Source of the DNA: Salinicola corii
GTDB lineage: Bacteria; Pseudomonadota; Gammaproteobacteria; Pseudomonadales; Halomonadaceae
Assembly: GCF_008298015.1 (NCBI RefSeq)
Contig: NZ_VTPX01000003.1
Span: forward strand, 36,290-68,289
Direction of reading: 5' to 3'
DNA: 32,000 nt
The position numbers and the translations under genes are program-made. The notes under the pieces are model-generated. The model was not told where the DNA came from. It was given only the letters and a program-made list of their open reading frames with translations, and searched no databases. This document shows, piece by piece, positions 17,896 through 29,231 of the stretch; the first letter of the stretch is position 1, and every line of letters starts with the position of its first letter.

Positions 17896-17952
17896 CTAGT
17901 CCAGAGACTGATGCGGCCGCTCTTCGTTGAAGTGAGTGTTGTGTTTTGAGTC
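17896..17952 (-). pseudogene. C-terminal remnant of an IS3-type transposase (DDE integrase core end)
   Basis: Minus-strand translation ends ...SKHNTHFNEERPHQSLD*, matching the conserved YN..RPH.SL terminus of IS3-family OrfB. The rest of the open frame (to 18279) overlaps ligB and is not transposase. Confidence 0.65.
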
Positions 17953-18124
17953 AAGGAGCTTGAAAGTGCTTCTTACTGCGCTTCCCTCGATCGACCGAGC
18001 TCCTTTTTTGGGCCTGCAGCAGCATGGCCTCAGGATGGTTTGCGAGGGTTGATTGGTGGCGGTAATATGCGATTCTAGGCTGAGCGGCAGCCAGGGCAGG
18101 CAACCAACTGAATATGGCGGTGGT

Positions 18125-19897
<1,773 letters not shown>

Positions 19898-19965
19898 TCA
19901 ACGACCGCTCGGCGATTTTCTTGATCCGCGGGACGCGGCAGGAGTGAGGGACGAGTCGACACCAG

Positions 19966-20033
19966 ACGACGAAGCCCCGCGAGACGAACCGACTTCACCG
20001 AGTCGGGGATTCGATATCGCGGGGCTTTGTCGT
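19966..20033. terminator. Nested hairpin (terminator-like) just downstream of prc
   Basis: The outer arms ACGACGAAGCCCCGCGA (19966-19982) and TCGCGGGGCTTTGTCGT (20017-20033) form a 17-bp stem with one wobble. The inner stem is CCGACT-tcaccg-AGTCGG (19989-20006). Confidence 0.6.
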
Positions 20034-20079
20034 TTCAGGACCCGGGATCGCCTGGCCCCATTGGGCCAGAGCGCGACGG

Positions 20080-22200
20080 TCAGCCCTTGGAGATCAGCTT
20101 CACGTAGTCCAGCAGGATCTGGGAGGTCTCCTGCAGTTCGGCGCGGTCGATGGGCTTGGCGTCATCCGAATCGGGCACTTCGTCTTCACCGCCATCCTGA
20201 CCCTCGTCGTTGCCCTGGGCATCGGCATTGTCCTGGCCCGTGCCGTCGTTCCGATCCCTGGCTTCGGTCCAGTCATCGAGCGGCTCCATGCCTAGCGAGC
20301 GCCGTCGCTGGTTCTCCAGCGCCAGCTGCTCGGCTTCCTGGGCATCCATTTCACGCTGACGCTGCTCCCTGTTGAGGCTGATGCTGGTCTGCTGCTCGCG
20401 TAGTCGCTTGCTCAGCTGCGCCTGCTTTTCCAGATAGACGAAATCGGGATCATTGGCGATGCGCTGCTCGTGACGATCCTGCAGTGCCTCGAGATAGCGC
20501 CAGGGCTCGCCGTAAAGGCGATATTGCACCGGCCGGACCCGATCCCAGGGCAGGGCGTTGTCGAGAGCGCTTTCGCCGATCTCGTCCGGATCGATCAGGC
20601 TCGGATAGATGATGTCCGGCTCGACGCCGCGGTGCTGTGTGCTCTCGCCCGAAATGCGATAGAACTTGGCCCGGGTCAGCTTGATCTGCCCATGGCTGAG
20701 GTCGGTCAGTGTCTGCACGGTACCTTTGCCGAAAGTCCGGGTTCCGACGACCAGGCCTCGGCCGTAGTCCTGAATCGCGCCGGCAAAGATCTCCGAGGCG
20801 GAAGCGGATAGCCGATTGACCAGGACGGCGAGGGGGCCATCGTAGGCGACGCCGGTATCGGTGTCTCCGTAGAGGTTGATGCGGCCGCGGGCATCGCGTA
20901 CCTGGACGGTCGGACCGCGATCGATGAACAGCCCGATCATCGAGTTGGCTTCCTGCAGGGCGCCGCCACCGTCGTTGCGCAGGTCGAGCACGATGCCTTC
21001 GACGTGTTCGGCCTTGAGTTTGTCGATCTCCTTGGCCACGTCGCGGGTCGTGCTGCGGTAGTCGGATTCCCCGGCCTGCCAGGCATCGAAGTCGACGTAG
21101 AAGGCCGGCACGGTGATGATGCCGATCTTGTGCGTTTCGCCGCCACGCTGAATCTCCTCGACCCGACTATGAGCGGCCTGATCCTCGAGCTTGACGGTAT
21201 CCCGGGTGATTTTGACGGTATGGGTCCGGGTCACGTCGACGGCCTTGGCGGGAATGATCTCTAGCCTCACCGTCGAGCCTTTCGGTCCGCGAATCAGGTC
21301 GACCACTTCATCGAGACGCATGCCGACCACATTGACCAGCTCGCCGTCCTCGTCCTGACCCACGGCCACGATACGATCCGCCGGCTGCAGCACGCCGGCC
21401 TTGTCCGCTGGCCCGCCGGGAACCAGACTCGACACTTTGACGTACTCGCCGTCGCTCTGCAGCAGCGCGCCGATGCCTTCCAGCGAGAGGCGCATCTGGA
21501 TATCAAAGGACTCGCTCTGCTGCGGCGAGAAGTATTCGGTATGCGGATCCACCGTGCCGGTCACCGCCGACATCAGCAGCACCAGGACGTCTTCGGCATT
21601 GGTCTGGCGCACGCGGTTGAGCTGGTTGGCGTAGCGGTCGTGGAGTGTCTTCTGGATCTCCTCCGGAGTCTGATCGCTCAGCGACAGCGTCAACGCGGCG
21701 TTCTCCAGACGCTTGTTCCAGAGGTCGTCCAGCGCGCTCTCGCTGCCTGCCCAGGAGGAGTCCTCGCGATCCAGCGCCAGACGTTCGTTGCTGGTGTAGT
21801 CGTAGTCGATGCCACGGTCGACCTTGTCCACCAGCCACTGGAGCCGTGCCTCCACGCGATCCTGATAGCGTGAATAGAATGCATAGACGCGGTCCAGGTC
21901 GCCTGACTTGATGGCGTCATCGAGCGACGTGTCCAGATCGTTGAAATTATCCACGTCGCGCTGCAGCAGGTAGGCCCGCTGGTCGTCCAGCACATCGAGC
22001 AGACGCTGGAAGGCGCGTTTCGACCAGTCGTCGTCGAGGTCGACTCCCGAGTAGGAGCCGTACTGCAGTGACTCGGCGACTTCGCTCGCCGCCTGGCGCT
22101 GATCGTTGGTTGGGGTGGGACCGGCCAGCGCCGTGACGCTCCATGCCAGCAGTAGCAAACACATGGCCGCGTGCCGAGCGGCGACAGTCAGGGTCATCAA
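20080..22200 (-). CDS. prc: Carboxy-terminal processing (tail-specific) protease Prc/Tsp, S41 family
   Basis: PDZ region LSLEGIGALLQSDGEYVKVSSLVPGGPADKAGVLQPADRIVAVG and catalytic region GIVLDLRNDGGGALQEA...VLVNRLSASASEIFAGAIQDYGRGLVVGTRTFGKGTVQ, with an N-terminal signal peptide. Size is 706 aa. Confidence 0.96.
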   Translation of the reverse strand: MMTLTVAARHAAMCLLLLAWSVTALAGPTPTNDQRQAASEVAESLQYGSYSGVDLDDDWSKRAFQRLLDVLDDQRAYLLQRDVDNFNDLDTSLDDAIKSGDLDRVYAFYSRYQDRVEARLQWLVDKVDRGIDYDYTSNERLALDREDSSWAGSESALDDLWNKRLENAALTLSLSDQTPEEIQKTLHDRYANQLNRVRQTNAEDVLVLLMSAVTGTVDPHTEYFSPQQSESFDIQMRLSLEGIGALLQSDGEYVKVSSLVPGGPADKAGVLQPADRIVAVGQDEDGELVNVVGMRLDEVVDLIRGPKGSTVRLEIIPAKAVDVTRTHTVKITRDTVKLEDQAAHSRVEEIQRGGETHKIGIITVPAFYVDFDAWQAGESDYRSTTRDVAKEIDKLKAEHVEGIVLDLRNDGGGALQEANSMIGLFIDRGPTVQVRDARGRINLYGDTDTGVAYDGPLAVLVNRLSASASEIFAGAIQDYGRGLVVGTRTFGKGTVQTLTDLSHGQIKLTRAKFYRISGESTQHRGVEPDIIYPSLIDPDEIGESALDNALPWDRVRPVQYRLYGEPWRYLEALQDRHEQRIANDPDFVYLEKQAQLSKRLREQQTSISLNREQRQREMDAQEAEQLALENQRRRSLGMEPLDDWTEARDRNDGTGQDNADAQGNDEGQDGGEDEVPDSDDAKPIDRAELQETSQILLDYVKLISKG

Positions 22201-22329
22201 TGAAGCACTCCCGGTTTCCTGTACACTCTCTATTCCCTAGAAGACCACCGGATCCATGAATCTTTTTCAGGTCCGGGCCTATTGTAGCAGCCAGTCCGCA
22301 TGACTACAGACCGACATCCGAGGAAACCC

Positions 22330-23646
22330 ATGTCAGACCACGCCGCCGACAAGGCTCTCGAAGATCGCTTGATCGATTTTCTCCAGCGCTCACCCTCTCC
22401 CTGGCACGCCACTGCGAATCTCGTGACCATGCTGGAGGCGGCAGGATATCGGCCGCTCAAGGAAACTGACAGCTGGAAGTTGTCCCCGGGCGAAAAATAT
22501 TACGTGACGCGCAACGATAGTGCCTTGATCGCGTTTCAGCTACCGGCATCGTCTCTCGAGACCCTGCGCATGGTGGGGGCTCACACCGATAGTCCGGCCT
22601 TGCGTCTCAAACCGCAACCGGCGATTGTCAACAAGGGCTGGCTGCAGTTGGGCGTTCAGGTCTACGGCGGCGCGCTGCTGGCGCCCTGGTTCGATCGTGA
22701 CCTGGGGCTTGCCGGGCGCGTCCACGTCCGCCGTGCCGACGGGAGGCTTCAGGCAGTCCTGCTCAACGTGAAGGAGCCGGTGGCGATCATACCCAGCCTG
22801 GCGATTCACATGGATCGCGAAGCCAACAACGGCCGGCCGCTGAACCCGCAGACGCAGATGGCGCCGCTGTTGATGCAGGGCGGCGATGCCCCCGACCTCG
22901 ATCGCCTGCTGAAACAGTGGATCGAGCGAGAACACGATCTCGAGGTGGCGGACATCGTCGATTTCGAGCTGGGGTTCTATGATGTTCAGCCGCCTTCGCG
23001 GGTCGGTGTCGGCGGCGAGATGATCGCCAGTGCGCGGCTGGACAACCTGCTTTCCTGTTTCATCGGGATCGAGGCTTTGCTGTCGGCCGATGGGCAGCAG
23101 GGCGCGTTGTTCGTGGCCAATGATCATGAGGAAGTCGGCAGTGCCAGTGCCTGTGGCGCCCAGGGACCATTTCTGGCCGACGTCCTGCGCCGACTCAACG
23201 CTGCGCTCGGCGAGGCGGGCGACGAGGGCTTCGTGCGATTGATCCAGCGCTCCCTGATGATCTCCTGTGATAATGCCCATGCCGTGCATCCCAATTTCGC
23301 GGACAAGCACGACGCCAATCACGGGCCAGCACTCAACGCCGGGCCGGTGATCAAGGTCAACGCCAGCCAGCGCTATGCAACCAACAGTACGACGGCGGCG
23401 CTGTTTCACGACCTTTGCCGAGAGGCGGATGTGCCCGTACAGCAGTTCGTGACGCGAGCGGACATGGGGTGCGGCAGCACCATCGGCCCGATTACCGCCA
23501 CGGAACTGGGCGTACCGACCATCGATGTGGGCGTACCGCAGTTCGGCATGCATTCGATTCGCGAGACGGCCGGTACCCGCGATCCGGCGTATCTGATCCG
23601 GGCGCTCACAGCGTTCTTCAATCGGCCGGCGCTGATGAACGATTGA
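22330..23646 (+). CDS. apeB: M18 family aminopeptidase (ApeB-like)
   Basis: [71 protein letters not shown] and [36 protein letters not shown] are M18 signatures. Confidence 0.94.
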   Translation: MSDHAADKALEDRLIDFLQRSPSPWHATANLVTMLEAAGYRPLKETDSWKLSPGEKYYVTRNDSALIAFQLPASSLETLRMVGAHTDSPALRLKPQPAIVNKGWLQLGVQVYGGALLAPWFDRDLGLAGRVHVRRADGRLQAVLLNVKEPVAIIPSLAIHMDREANNGRPLNPQTQMAPLLMQGGDAPDLDRLLKQWIEREHDLEVADIVDFELGFYDVQPPSRVGVGGEMIASARLDNLLSCFIGIEALLSADGQQGALFVANDHEEVGSASACGAQGPFLADVLRRLNAALGEAGDEGFVRLIQRSLMISCDNAHAVHPNFADKHDANHGPALNAGPVIKVNASQRYATNSTTAALFHDLCREADVPVQQFVTRADMGCGSTIGPITATELGVPTIDVGVPQFGMHSIRETAGTRDPAYLIRALTAFFNRPALMND

Positions 23647-23791
23647 TTTCGAGCCTGGAGGGGCGAGTGACGGCTCTCGGTGTCAGCCCGTTCCCGATGT
23701 TGGTGCTGAAGAGCCGACCTGAATCAGGGCCGAGCGCCGGCTCCCCACTGGCTTCCATGGCGTATTAAGGTCGCCGAAAGCGTTGTCAGGC

Positions 23792-24451
23792 TCATGACGT
23801 GAGGCAGGCAGCCGTTAAGGCCATGCCGGTTGCGGCTCGAGATGGCTCGACAACCGGCACGCCCAGGATCTGCGACAGCGAGTGCTGGAATTGCGGCATC
23901 CCAGCACATCCCAATATCAGCACATTGGCCTGATCCTCGTCGCGCAGTTGTCCTCCTATCTCGAGTAAGCGATCCCACGTTCTCTGCGTGTCTTGGAGCT
24001 CGGCCACATCGAGACCCAGCGCGCGTTCTCCGGCGAGGCGGGATGTGATACCCATCGCACCCCAGGTACGCCAGTGGCGTGCGATGGAAGTGGGTTGAAT
24101 GGCAATGACGCCGACCCGCTGGCCCTGAGTCAGTGCAGTCAACATGGCACTTTCACCAATACCGAGCACCGGCAGACTCGTCGCTTCCCTTGCCACGGCC
24201 AACCCCGGGTCGCTGAAACAGGCGATCACGAAAGCGCAGGCATTGGCCTCATTGGCCTGTATGAATGCTGTCAGTCGAGGAAGGACTTGGACGATATCCG
24301 CCTCGGTCTGAATGCCGGCGGGGGCGTCATGAAGCGTGTGGCTGGTAATGGGTGGCCCACCCGCCAGACGCAGAGGCTCCAGCGCGGCATCGATACCTCG
24401 CGTCACGTCGACGGATGAATTTGGGTTGATGACGCAAATACTGCGGGGCAT
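23792..24451 (-). CDS. Asp/Glu/hydantoin racemase family protein, probable hydantoin racemase
   Basis: MPRSICVINPNSS start, with two catalytic cysteine contexts FVIACFSDPGL and VLILGCAGM. It sits beside hydantoinase and carbamoylase genes. Confidence 0.88.
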   Translation of the reverse strand: MPRSICVINPNSSVDVTRGIDAALEPLRLAGGPPITSHTLHDAPAGIQTEADIVQVLPRLTAFIQANEANACAFVIACFSDPGLAVAREATSLPVLGIGESAMLTALTQGQRVGVIAIQPTSIARHWRTWGAMGITSRLAGERALGLDVAELQDTQRTWDRLLEIGGQLRDEDQANVLILGCAGMPQFQHSLSQILGVPVVEPSRAATGMALTAACLTS

Positions 24452-24534
24452 GGCAGGCGCTCTCCCTATGAAGCTTGACCGACAGTCTACCGTGCGTTGG
24501 GGTATGGCGTGATTGACGATATGGGGATGGTACT

Positions 24535-24547
24535 TAACATGAGGTTA
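24535..24547. promoter_or_regulatory. Candidate LysR-type operator, copy 1
   Basis: TAACATGAGGTTA fits T-N11-A. It matches the other two copies except for one mismatch in the right half-site. Confidence 0.45.
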
Positions 24548-24580
24548 TGGTTTTTGGCGTGGTTATTGCTTGATGACCCT

Positions 24581-24593
24581 TAACATCATGTTA
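24581..24593. promoter_or_regulatory. Candidate LysR-type operator, copy 2
   Basis: TAACATCATGTTA is a perfect inverted repeat (TAACAT/ATGTTA) of T-N11-A form, 25 nt upstream of the LysR ATG. Confidence 0.55.
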
Positions 24594-24618
24594 TTGGTCA
24601 TGCAGGGGGGCGACCGAC

Positions 24619-25518
24619 ATGGCACTCAACCTCCGTCAAATCGAGGTGTTTCGCGCCGTCATGATCGCCGGGTCGATCAGCGGTGCCTCGCAGCTTCTGA
24701 TGATTTCACAGCCCGCGGTAAGTCGAATGCTTTCCTACAGCGAGCAGCGAATCGGGTTTCGACTCTTCGAGCGGATCAAAGGGCGGCTATATCCCTCGCC
24801 CGAAGCGCGTCGACTGTTCCGTGATGTCGAACACGTATACCGTGACGTCCAGCGCGTCAACGCCACTGTTAGTGATCTGGTGCAGCGTCGCCATGGCGTG
24901 GTTCGCCTCGTATGCAGTCCAAGCCTTGGTCATCAGCTGGTACCGCAGGCGATAGCGGCCTTTCGGTACCATCATCCACAGGTCCGCGTCAGTCTGGAGT
25001 GCACCCGCAACATGACATTGCGGGACCGGTTGCTCGACCACCAGGCTGATCTCGGGATATCCCTCTTTCCCGTCGATCACCCTAATCTCGAGATATCACC
25101 GCTGTTCGAGACGCGACTGGTGGGTATCTGTCACCGAGAGCATCCGCTCGCCGCCGAGGAAGTGTTGAACGTCGAGACGCTCTCCCAGCATGCGCTGATT
25201 GGCTATGGCGTCGATACGCCCTTTGGTCGATTGGTGCAGCAGCTTCATGACAGCCATGGAATGGTGTACCAGCCGGCGATCGAGGTCGACTCCCCGCACT
25301 ATGCTTGCGGGCTGGTTCGAAGTGGCGCCGGTATCGCCTTGGTCGACGAGTTCTCGCTACACAGTGACGTCTCCAATGCGCTTTGCGCACTGCCTCTCTC
25401 CTACACGCAGACGCTCGAGGTCAGTCTGGTTCACCCGCTTAGCGAACCGCTATCGCAACTGGCGCGAGTGTTCATCGAAGAACTCAATGAGGTGTTTCGG
25501 CATCGCTTCTTCGCTTAG
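24619..25518 (+). CDS. LysR family transcriptional regulator of the hydantoin cluster
   Basis: MALNLRQIEVFRAVMIAGSISGASQLLMISQPAVSRMLSYSEQRIGFRLFERIKGRLYPSPEA is a canonical LysR HTH. It is divergent from the racemase. Confidence 0.93.
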   Translation: MALNLRQIEVFRAVMIAGSISGASQLLMISQPAVSRMLSYSEQRIGFRLFERIKGRLYPSPEARRLFRDVEHVYRDVQRVNATVSDLVQRRHGVVRLVCSPSLGHQLVPQAIAAFRYHHPQVRVSLECTRNMTLRDRLLDHQADLGISLFPVDHPNLEISPLFETRLVGICHREHPLAAEEVLNVETLSQHALIGYGVDTPFGRLVQQLHDSHGMVYQPAIEVDSPHYACGLVRSGAGIALVDEFSLHSDVSNALCALPLSYTQTLEVSLVHPLSEPLSQLARVFIEELNEVFRHRFFA

Positions 25519-25562
25519 GGGGCATATGAAGCCAGCCGAGATCTCTATCGACGCTCTACATT

Positions 25563-25575
25563 TAACAAAATGTTA
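25563..25575. promoter_or_regulatory. Candidate LysR-type operator, copy 3
   Basis: TAACAAAATGTTA is a perfect TAACA-N3-TGTTA repeat in the gap between lysR and the hydantoinase gene. Confidence 0.5.
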
Positions 25576-25779
25576 ATGGGAGACGATAAAAAGGCATGTG
25601 ACATCAATATCTAATCCTCTCAAAATCTTTCCCAGGTTCGACGTTCGAACGATGCCTGACACCTGATCGGGACAGTAGGCGAGGCGTCATTCATCGAGGC
25701 CGCAGCCTGTTCATCAACGTCACCACGGCCCTTGCAGCTTCTCCGCTCTTCCAATAAAGCAACAATGACTGGAGCTGGT

Positions 25780-27294
25780 ATGACATCAACCATGACTGAG
25801 AGGCACCGAGATCTTGATTTCGATCTGGTCGTTCGCAATGGAAAAGTGGCGACGGCGAGCGATACCTATCGGGCGGATATTGGCATTATCGATGGGCGCA
25901 TCGCTGCCATCGCCAATGGACTGCCGACGGGGAAGCGTGACATCGATGCGGGAGGGCGCTGGGTGATGCCCGGTGGCGTCGATAGCCACTGTCACGTCGA
26001 GCAGCTTTCGGGGATGGGCCTGATGTGTGCCGACGATTTCTACTCGGCAACAGTCTCGGCCGCGTTCGGTGGCAACACCACTATCATGCCCTTCGCGGCG
26101 CAGCATCGTGAGGATCGCGTGCGTGACGTTCTTGAGGACTATCACGCGCGTGCGGTGGAGAAGTCGGTCATCGACTACGCCTTTCACGTGATCGTCACCA
26201 ATCTAGACGAGCAAACCCTGAACGAAGATCTGCCACAGGCTATCCGTCAGGGCATTACCTCGCTCAAGGTTTTCATGACTTATGAGCGCATGAAGCTCGA
26301 CGATTATCAGATTCTCGACACGCTGGCGCTTGCCGATCGCGAAGGCGCGTTGGTGATGGTTCACGCGGAGAACAATGATGTCATCCGCTGGCTGGGGGAT
26401 CGCCTGACCGAACGCGGCTTGCAGGCGCCCAAGTACCATGCGATCGCCCACTGCGGGCTCGCCGAGACCGAGGCCACCCATCGTGTGGTCACGTTGTCGC
26501 GGATATTGGAGACTCCCATCCTGATCGTGCATGTCTCCGAGGCCGAAACCCTCGACTGCATTCGTCAGGCTCAGCAGAAGGGAGCGGCCCTCTACGCCGA
26601 AACCTGCCCTCAGTACCTTTTCCTGACTGCCGCCGATATCGACAAGCCAGGTGTCGAGGGCGCCAAGTTCTGCTGCAGCCCGCCGCCGCGAGACGAACGC
26701 TGCCAGGGCGCCATGTGGCAAGGACTCATGGAGGGCTCACTGAGCCTCTATTCTTCGGACCACGCGCCATATCGATGGGACGAGACGGGTAAGTTGCCGA
26801 AGGGTGAAAAGACCGGGTTCCGCGAAATGGCGAACGGTCTGCCGGGCCTAGAAGTGCGAATGCCCTTGCTGTTCAGCGAGGGATACCGCAAAGGCCGCCT
26901 GACCATCAATGAATTCGTTGCGCTGACTTCAACCAACCATGCCCGAACCTATGGGCTCTATCCGCGCAAGGGCACCATCGCTGTTGGGTCGGATGCGGAC
27001 CTCGTCATCTGGGACGAGGCGCGAGAAGTCACCATTACCAACGATCTTCTTCATGACAACGTCGACTACACCCCCTATGAGGGCATGAAAGTGACTGGCT
27101 GGGCAGACACCGTGATCAATCGAGGACGCGTCGTTGTCGAGAATGGAGAACTCAAGGTCGACCGTGGAACGGGCGAGTTCTTGCCCTGCGGTCTCCCCGA
27201 ACCGGTGGCCAAGGCTCGTGCCAATCGCGAACCCGATACGCTGATTCGCAAGCTGGTGGGGCTATCGTCGGGTGCGCAGAATCATGATGCATGA
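25780..27294 (+). CDS. Dihydropyrimidinase/D-hydantoinase family amidohydrolase
   Basis: RWVMPGGVDSHCHVEQ (metal HxH), GITSLKVFMTYERMKLDD (carbamylated Lys region), YAETCPQYLFLT and LYSSDHAPYRWDETGK. The start at 25780 has GGAG upstream. Confidence 0.9.
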   Translation: MTSTMTERHRDLDFDLVVRNGKVATASDTYRADIGIIDGRIAAIANGLPTGKRDIDAGGRWVMPGGVDSHCHVEQLSGMGLMCADDFYSATVSAAFGGNTTIMPFAAQHREDRVRDVLEDYHARAVEKSVIDYAFHVIVTNLDEQTLNEDLPQAIRQGITSLKVFMTYERMKLDDYQILDTLALADREGALVMVHAENNDVIRWLGDRLTERGLQAPKYHAIAHCGLAETEATHRVVTLSRILETPILIVHVSEAETLDCIRQAQQKGAALYAETCPQYLFLTAADIDKPGVEGAKFCCSPPPRDERCQGAMWQGLMEGSLSLYSSDHAPYRWDETGKLPKGEKTGFREMANGLPGLEVRMPLLFSEGYRKGRLTINEFVALTSTNHARTYGLYPRKGTIAVGSDADLVIWDEAREVTITNDLLHDNVDYTPYEGMKVTGWADTVINRGRVVVENGELKVDRGTGEFLPCGLPEPVAKARANREPDTLIRKLVGLSSGAQNHDA

Positions 27295-28072
27295 ATCGAT
27301 GTCATCGCTCTCGGCGGCTAGCACCGTGGGTACGAGCAACCCGTTTCCGATACTGGAGCTCATTGGTCTGCGCAAGGTGTTTGGACAGCAAGTCGTGCTG
27401 GAGAGTATCGATCTTAAAGTTCGTCCGGGCGAACTCGTGTGCGTGATCGGTCCCTCCGGCTCTGGGAAAAGCACCATGCTGCGGTGCTGCAATCGGCTGG
27501 AAGAACCCAGCGGCGGTCAGGTGATCGTCGACGGTACCGATCTGATGGATCGTCGGACATCAATCGATCGAATGCGTCAAAAAATCGGCATGGTTTTCCA
27601 GCAATTCAATCTCTATCCGCACTACAGCGCGCTCGGTAACGTGGCGTTGGCGCTGCGGCTGGTCAAGAAAATGTCCCGTGCCCAGGCCGAACTAACGGCG
27701 CTCGATGCGCTGAATCGCGTAGGGCTGGGGGAGCGTGCCGGTCACTATCCGCATCAGCTTTCCGGCGGCCAGCAGCAACGTGTCGGCATTGCCAGGGCGA
27801 TAGCGTTGGGTCCTAAGATCGTGCTGTTCGACGAACCGACCAGTGCGCTGGATCCTGAGCTGGTGGGTAGCGTGCTCGAGGTGATGCGGAAATTGCGACA
27901 GATCGGTATGACGATGCTGGTCGTGACCCACGAGATGGCCTTCGCCAGGGCGGTAGCAGACCGAGTGGTTTTCATGGCCGATGGACACATCGTCGAGCAG
28001 GGGCCCCCCGAACAAATTTTTCAGTCTCCCATCCAGGAGCGAACCCGGGCGTTCGTCGAGCAGCGCCATTAA
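27284..28072 (+). CDS. Amino-acid ABC transporter ATP-binding protein (GlnQ/HisP type)
   Basis: Walker A VIGPSGSGKSTMLRCCNRLEEPSGG, signature YPHQLSGGQQQRVGIARAIA, Walker B IVLFDEPTSALDPELVGSVL, MVFQQFNLYPHYSALGNV. It overlaps the end of the hydantoinase; the exact start is uncertain (27272, 27284 or 27287). Confidence 0.94.
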   Translation: MMHESMSSLSAASTVGTSNPFPILELIGLRKVFGQQVVLESIDLKVRPGELVCVIGPSGSGKSTMLRCCNRLEEPSGGQVIVDGTDLMDRRTSIDRMRQKIGMVFQQFNLYPHYSALGNVALALRLVKKMSRAQAELTALDALNRVGLGERAGHYPHQLSGGQQQRVGIARAIALGPKIVLFDEPTSALDPELVGSVLEVMRKLRQIGMTMLVVTHEMAFARAVADRVVFMADGHIVEQGPPEQIFQSPIQERTRAFVEQRH

Positions 28073-28113
28073 CAGTAATCGGCTCGCAGAGGGAATCTTG
28101 CCTGTTCACGTGG

Positions 28114-28130
28114 CGGGCGATGCTCGCCCG
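28114..28130 (+). other. Short perfect hairpin between the ATPase and binding-protein genes
   Basis: CGGGCGA-tgc-TCGCCCG has a 7-bp perfect stem with no T tract. Confidence 0.4.
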
Positions 28131-28250
28131 ATGACACCGCATGCAAGCACCCGGCGCGCGGGTTTGCGATATCGACAATACAGTGGGTGTGTCACGGCAA
28201 GTCGCCCTCGTTCAAATCTTTCCGACAACGATAAAACAGGAATAACAACC

Positions 28251-29126
28251 ATGTCCTATTGGCGTTTTCTTCAGGATTCGACGCGTATCGCGCGATATGC
28301 GACGGTCGGCTGTCTGACTCTGGGTTTCGGCCTCTCGGCGGCGCAGGCAAGCACGCCGGACAGTTACCGCGTCGCTCTCGACGGCACGTTCGCGCCTCAC
28401 GCCATGCCGACGATGGAGGGGGGCGTTCAGGGATTCAACGTCGACTTGGCCAATGCCCTCGGTGAGCAGATGGGGATGGACATGGAGATCACCTCCACGC
28501 AGTTCTCCGGTTTGATCCCTGGGCTACAGGCAGGGACCTACGATTTTCTCATGGCACCGACAACAGTGACCGAACAGCGGGCCGAAAACCTCCTGTTCTC
28601 AGAAGGTTATCTCGACACTGATTTCCAATTCGTGGTCAAGAAGGGCGGGCCCAACATTACCGACCTGCATCAGCTCGAGGGAAAAGTCATCGCCGTCAAC
28701 AAAGGATCGGCCTACGACAGTTGGGCTCGCGAGCACGCGCAGGAGTACGGCTGGCGGGTGGAGGCCTACGGCACCAACAGTGATGCCATTCAGGCCGTCA
28801 TGAGTGGCCGCGCCACGGCGAACGTCGCCGGCAATACGGTTTCCGCTTATGCCGTGAGCAAAAATCCAGCCATAGAACTCTCCTATCTCGTGGATACAGG
28901 GCTCGTCTGGGCCATTCCATTTCGCAAGGATGACACCGAGAACCGGGATCGTGTCGAGCGCGCACTGGAGTGTCTGAAGACGAACGGCGTTATGGCCGAA
29001 CTCTCACAGAAGTGGTTCGGTTTCGAGCCTGCCGAGGGGGCGACGGTCGTTACGCCGATAGCCGGTTTCGGCCAGCCCGGTTTCACGGGATACGTCGAGG
29101 ACGATCACGCTTTCTCCTGTGATTGA
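28251..29126 (+). CDS. Amino-acid-type ABC transporter substrate-binding protein (family 3)
   Basis: Signal peptide ...LTLGFGLSAAQAS, then YRVALDGTFAPHAMPTMEGGVQGFNVDLANALGEQMGMDMEI and FSGLIPGLQAGTYDFLMAPTTVTEQRAENLLFSEGY. Confidence 0.93.
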   Translation: MSYWRFLQDSTRIARYATVGCLTLGFGLSAAQASTPDSYRVALDGTFAPHAMPTMEGGVQGFNVDLANALGEQMGMDMEITSTQFSGLIPGLQAGTYDFLMAPTTVTEQRAENLLFSEGYLDTDFQFVVKKGGPNITDLHQLEGKVIAVNKGSAYDSWAREHAQEYGWRVEAYGTNSDAIQAVMSGRATANVAGNTVSAYAVSKNPAIELSYLVDTGLVWAIPFRKDDTENRDRVERALECLKTNGVMAELSQKWFGFEPAEGATVVTPIAGFGQPGFTGYVEDDHAFSCD

Positions 29127-29231
29127 GTGCCTTGCGTGAGTTTTTCGGAGAAGGCCAAGCGCTGAATTCGAACCGCCGGCCGCCAGCGGGTAGCGGTGGT
29201 GGGGTGATCAGCGCTTCATGGGAGAGAGCTC

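Noticed and set aside
18058-18065. ops/JUMPstart-like sequence GGCGGTAA near the capsule operon
   Set aside because: The last base does not match the ops core GGCGGTAG. It is on the plus strand pointing away from the minus-strand capsule operon, and no surrounding JUMPstart sequence is seen.
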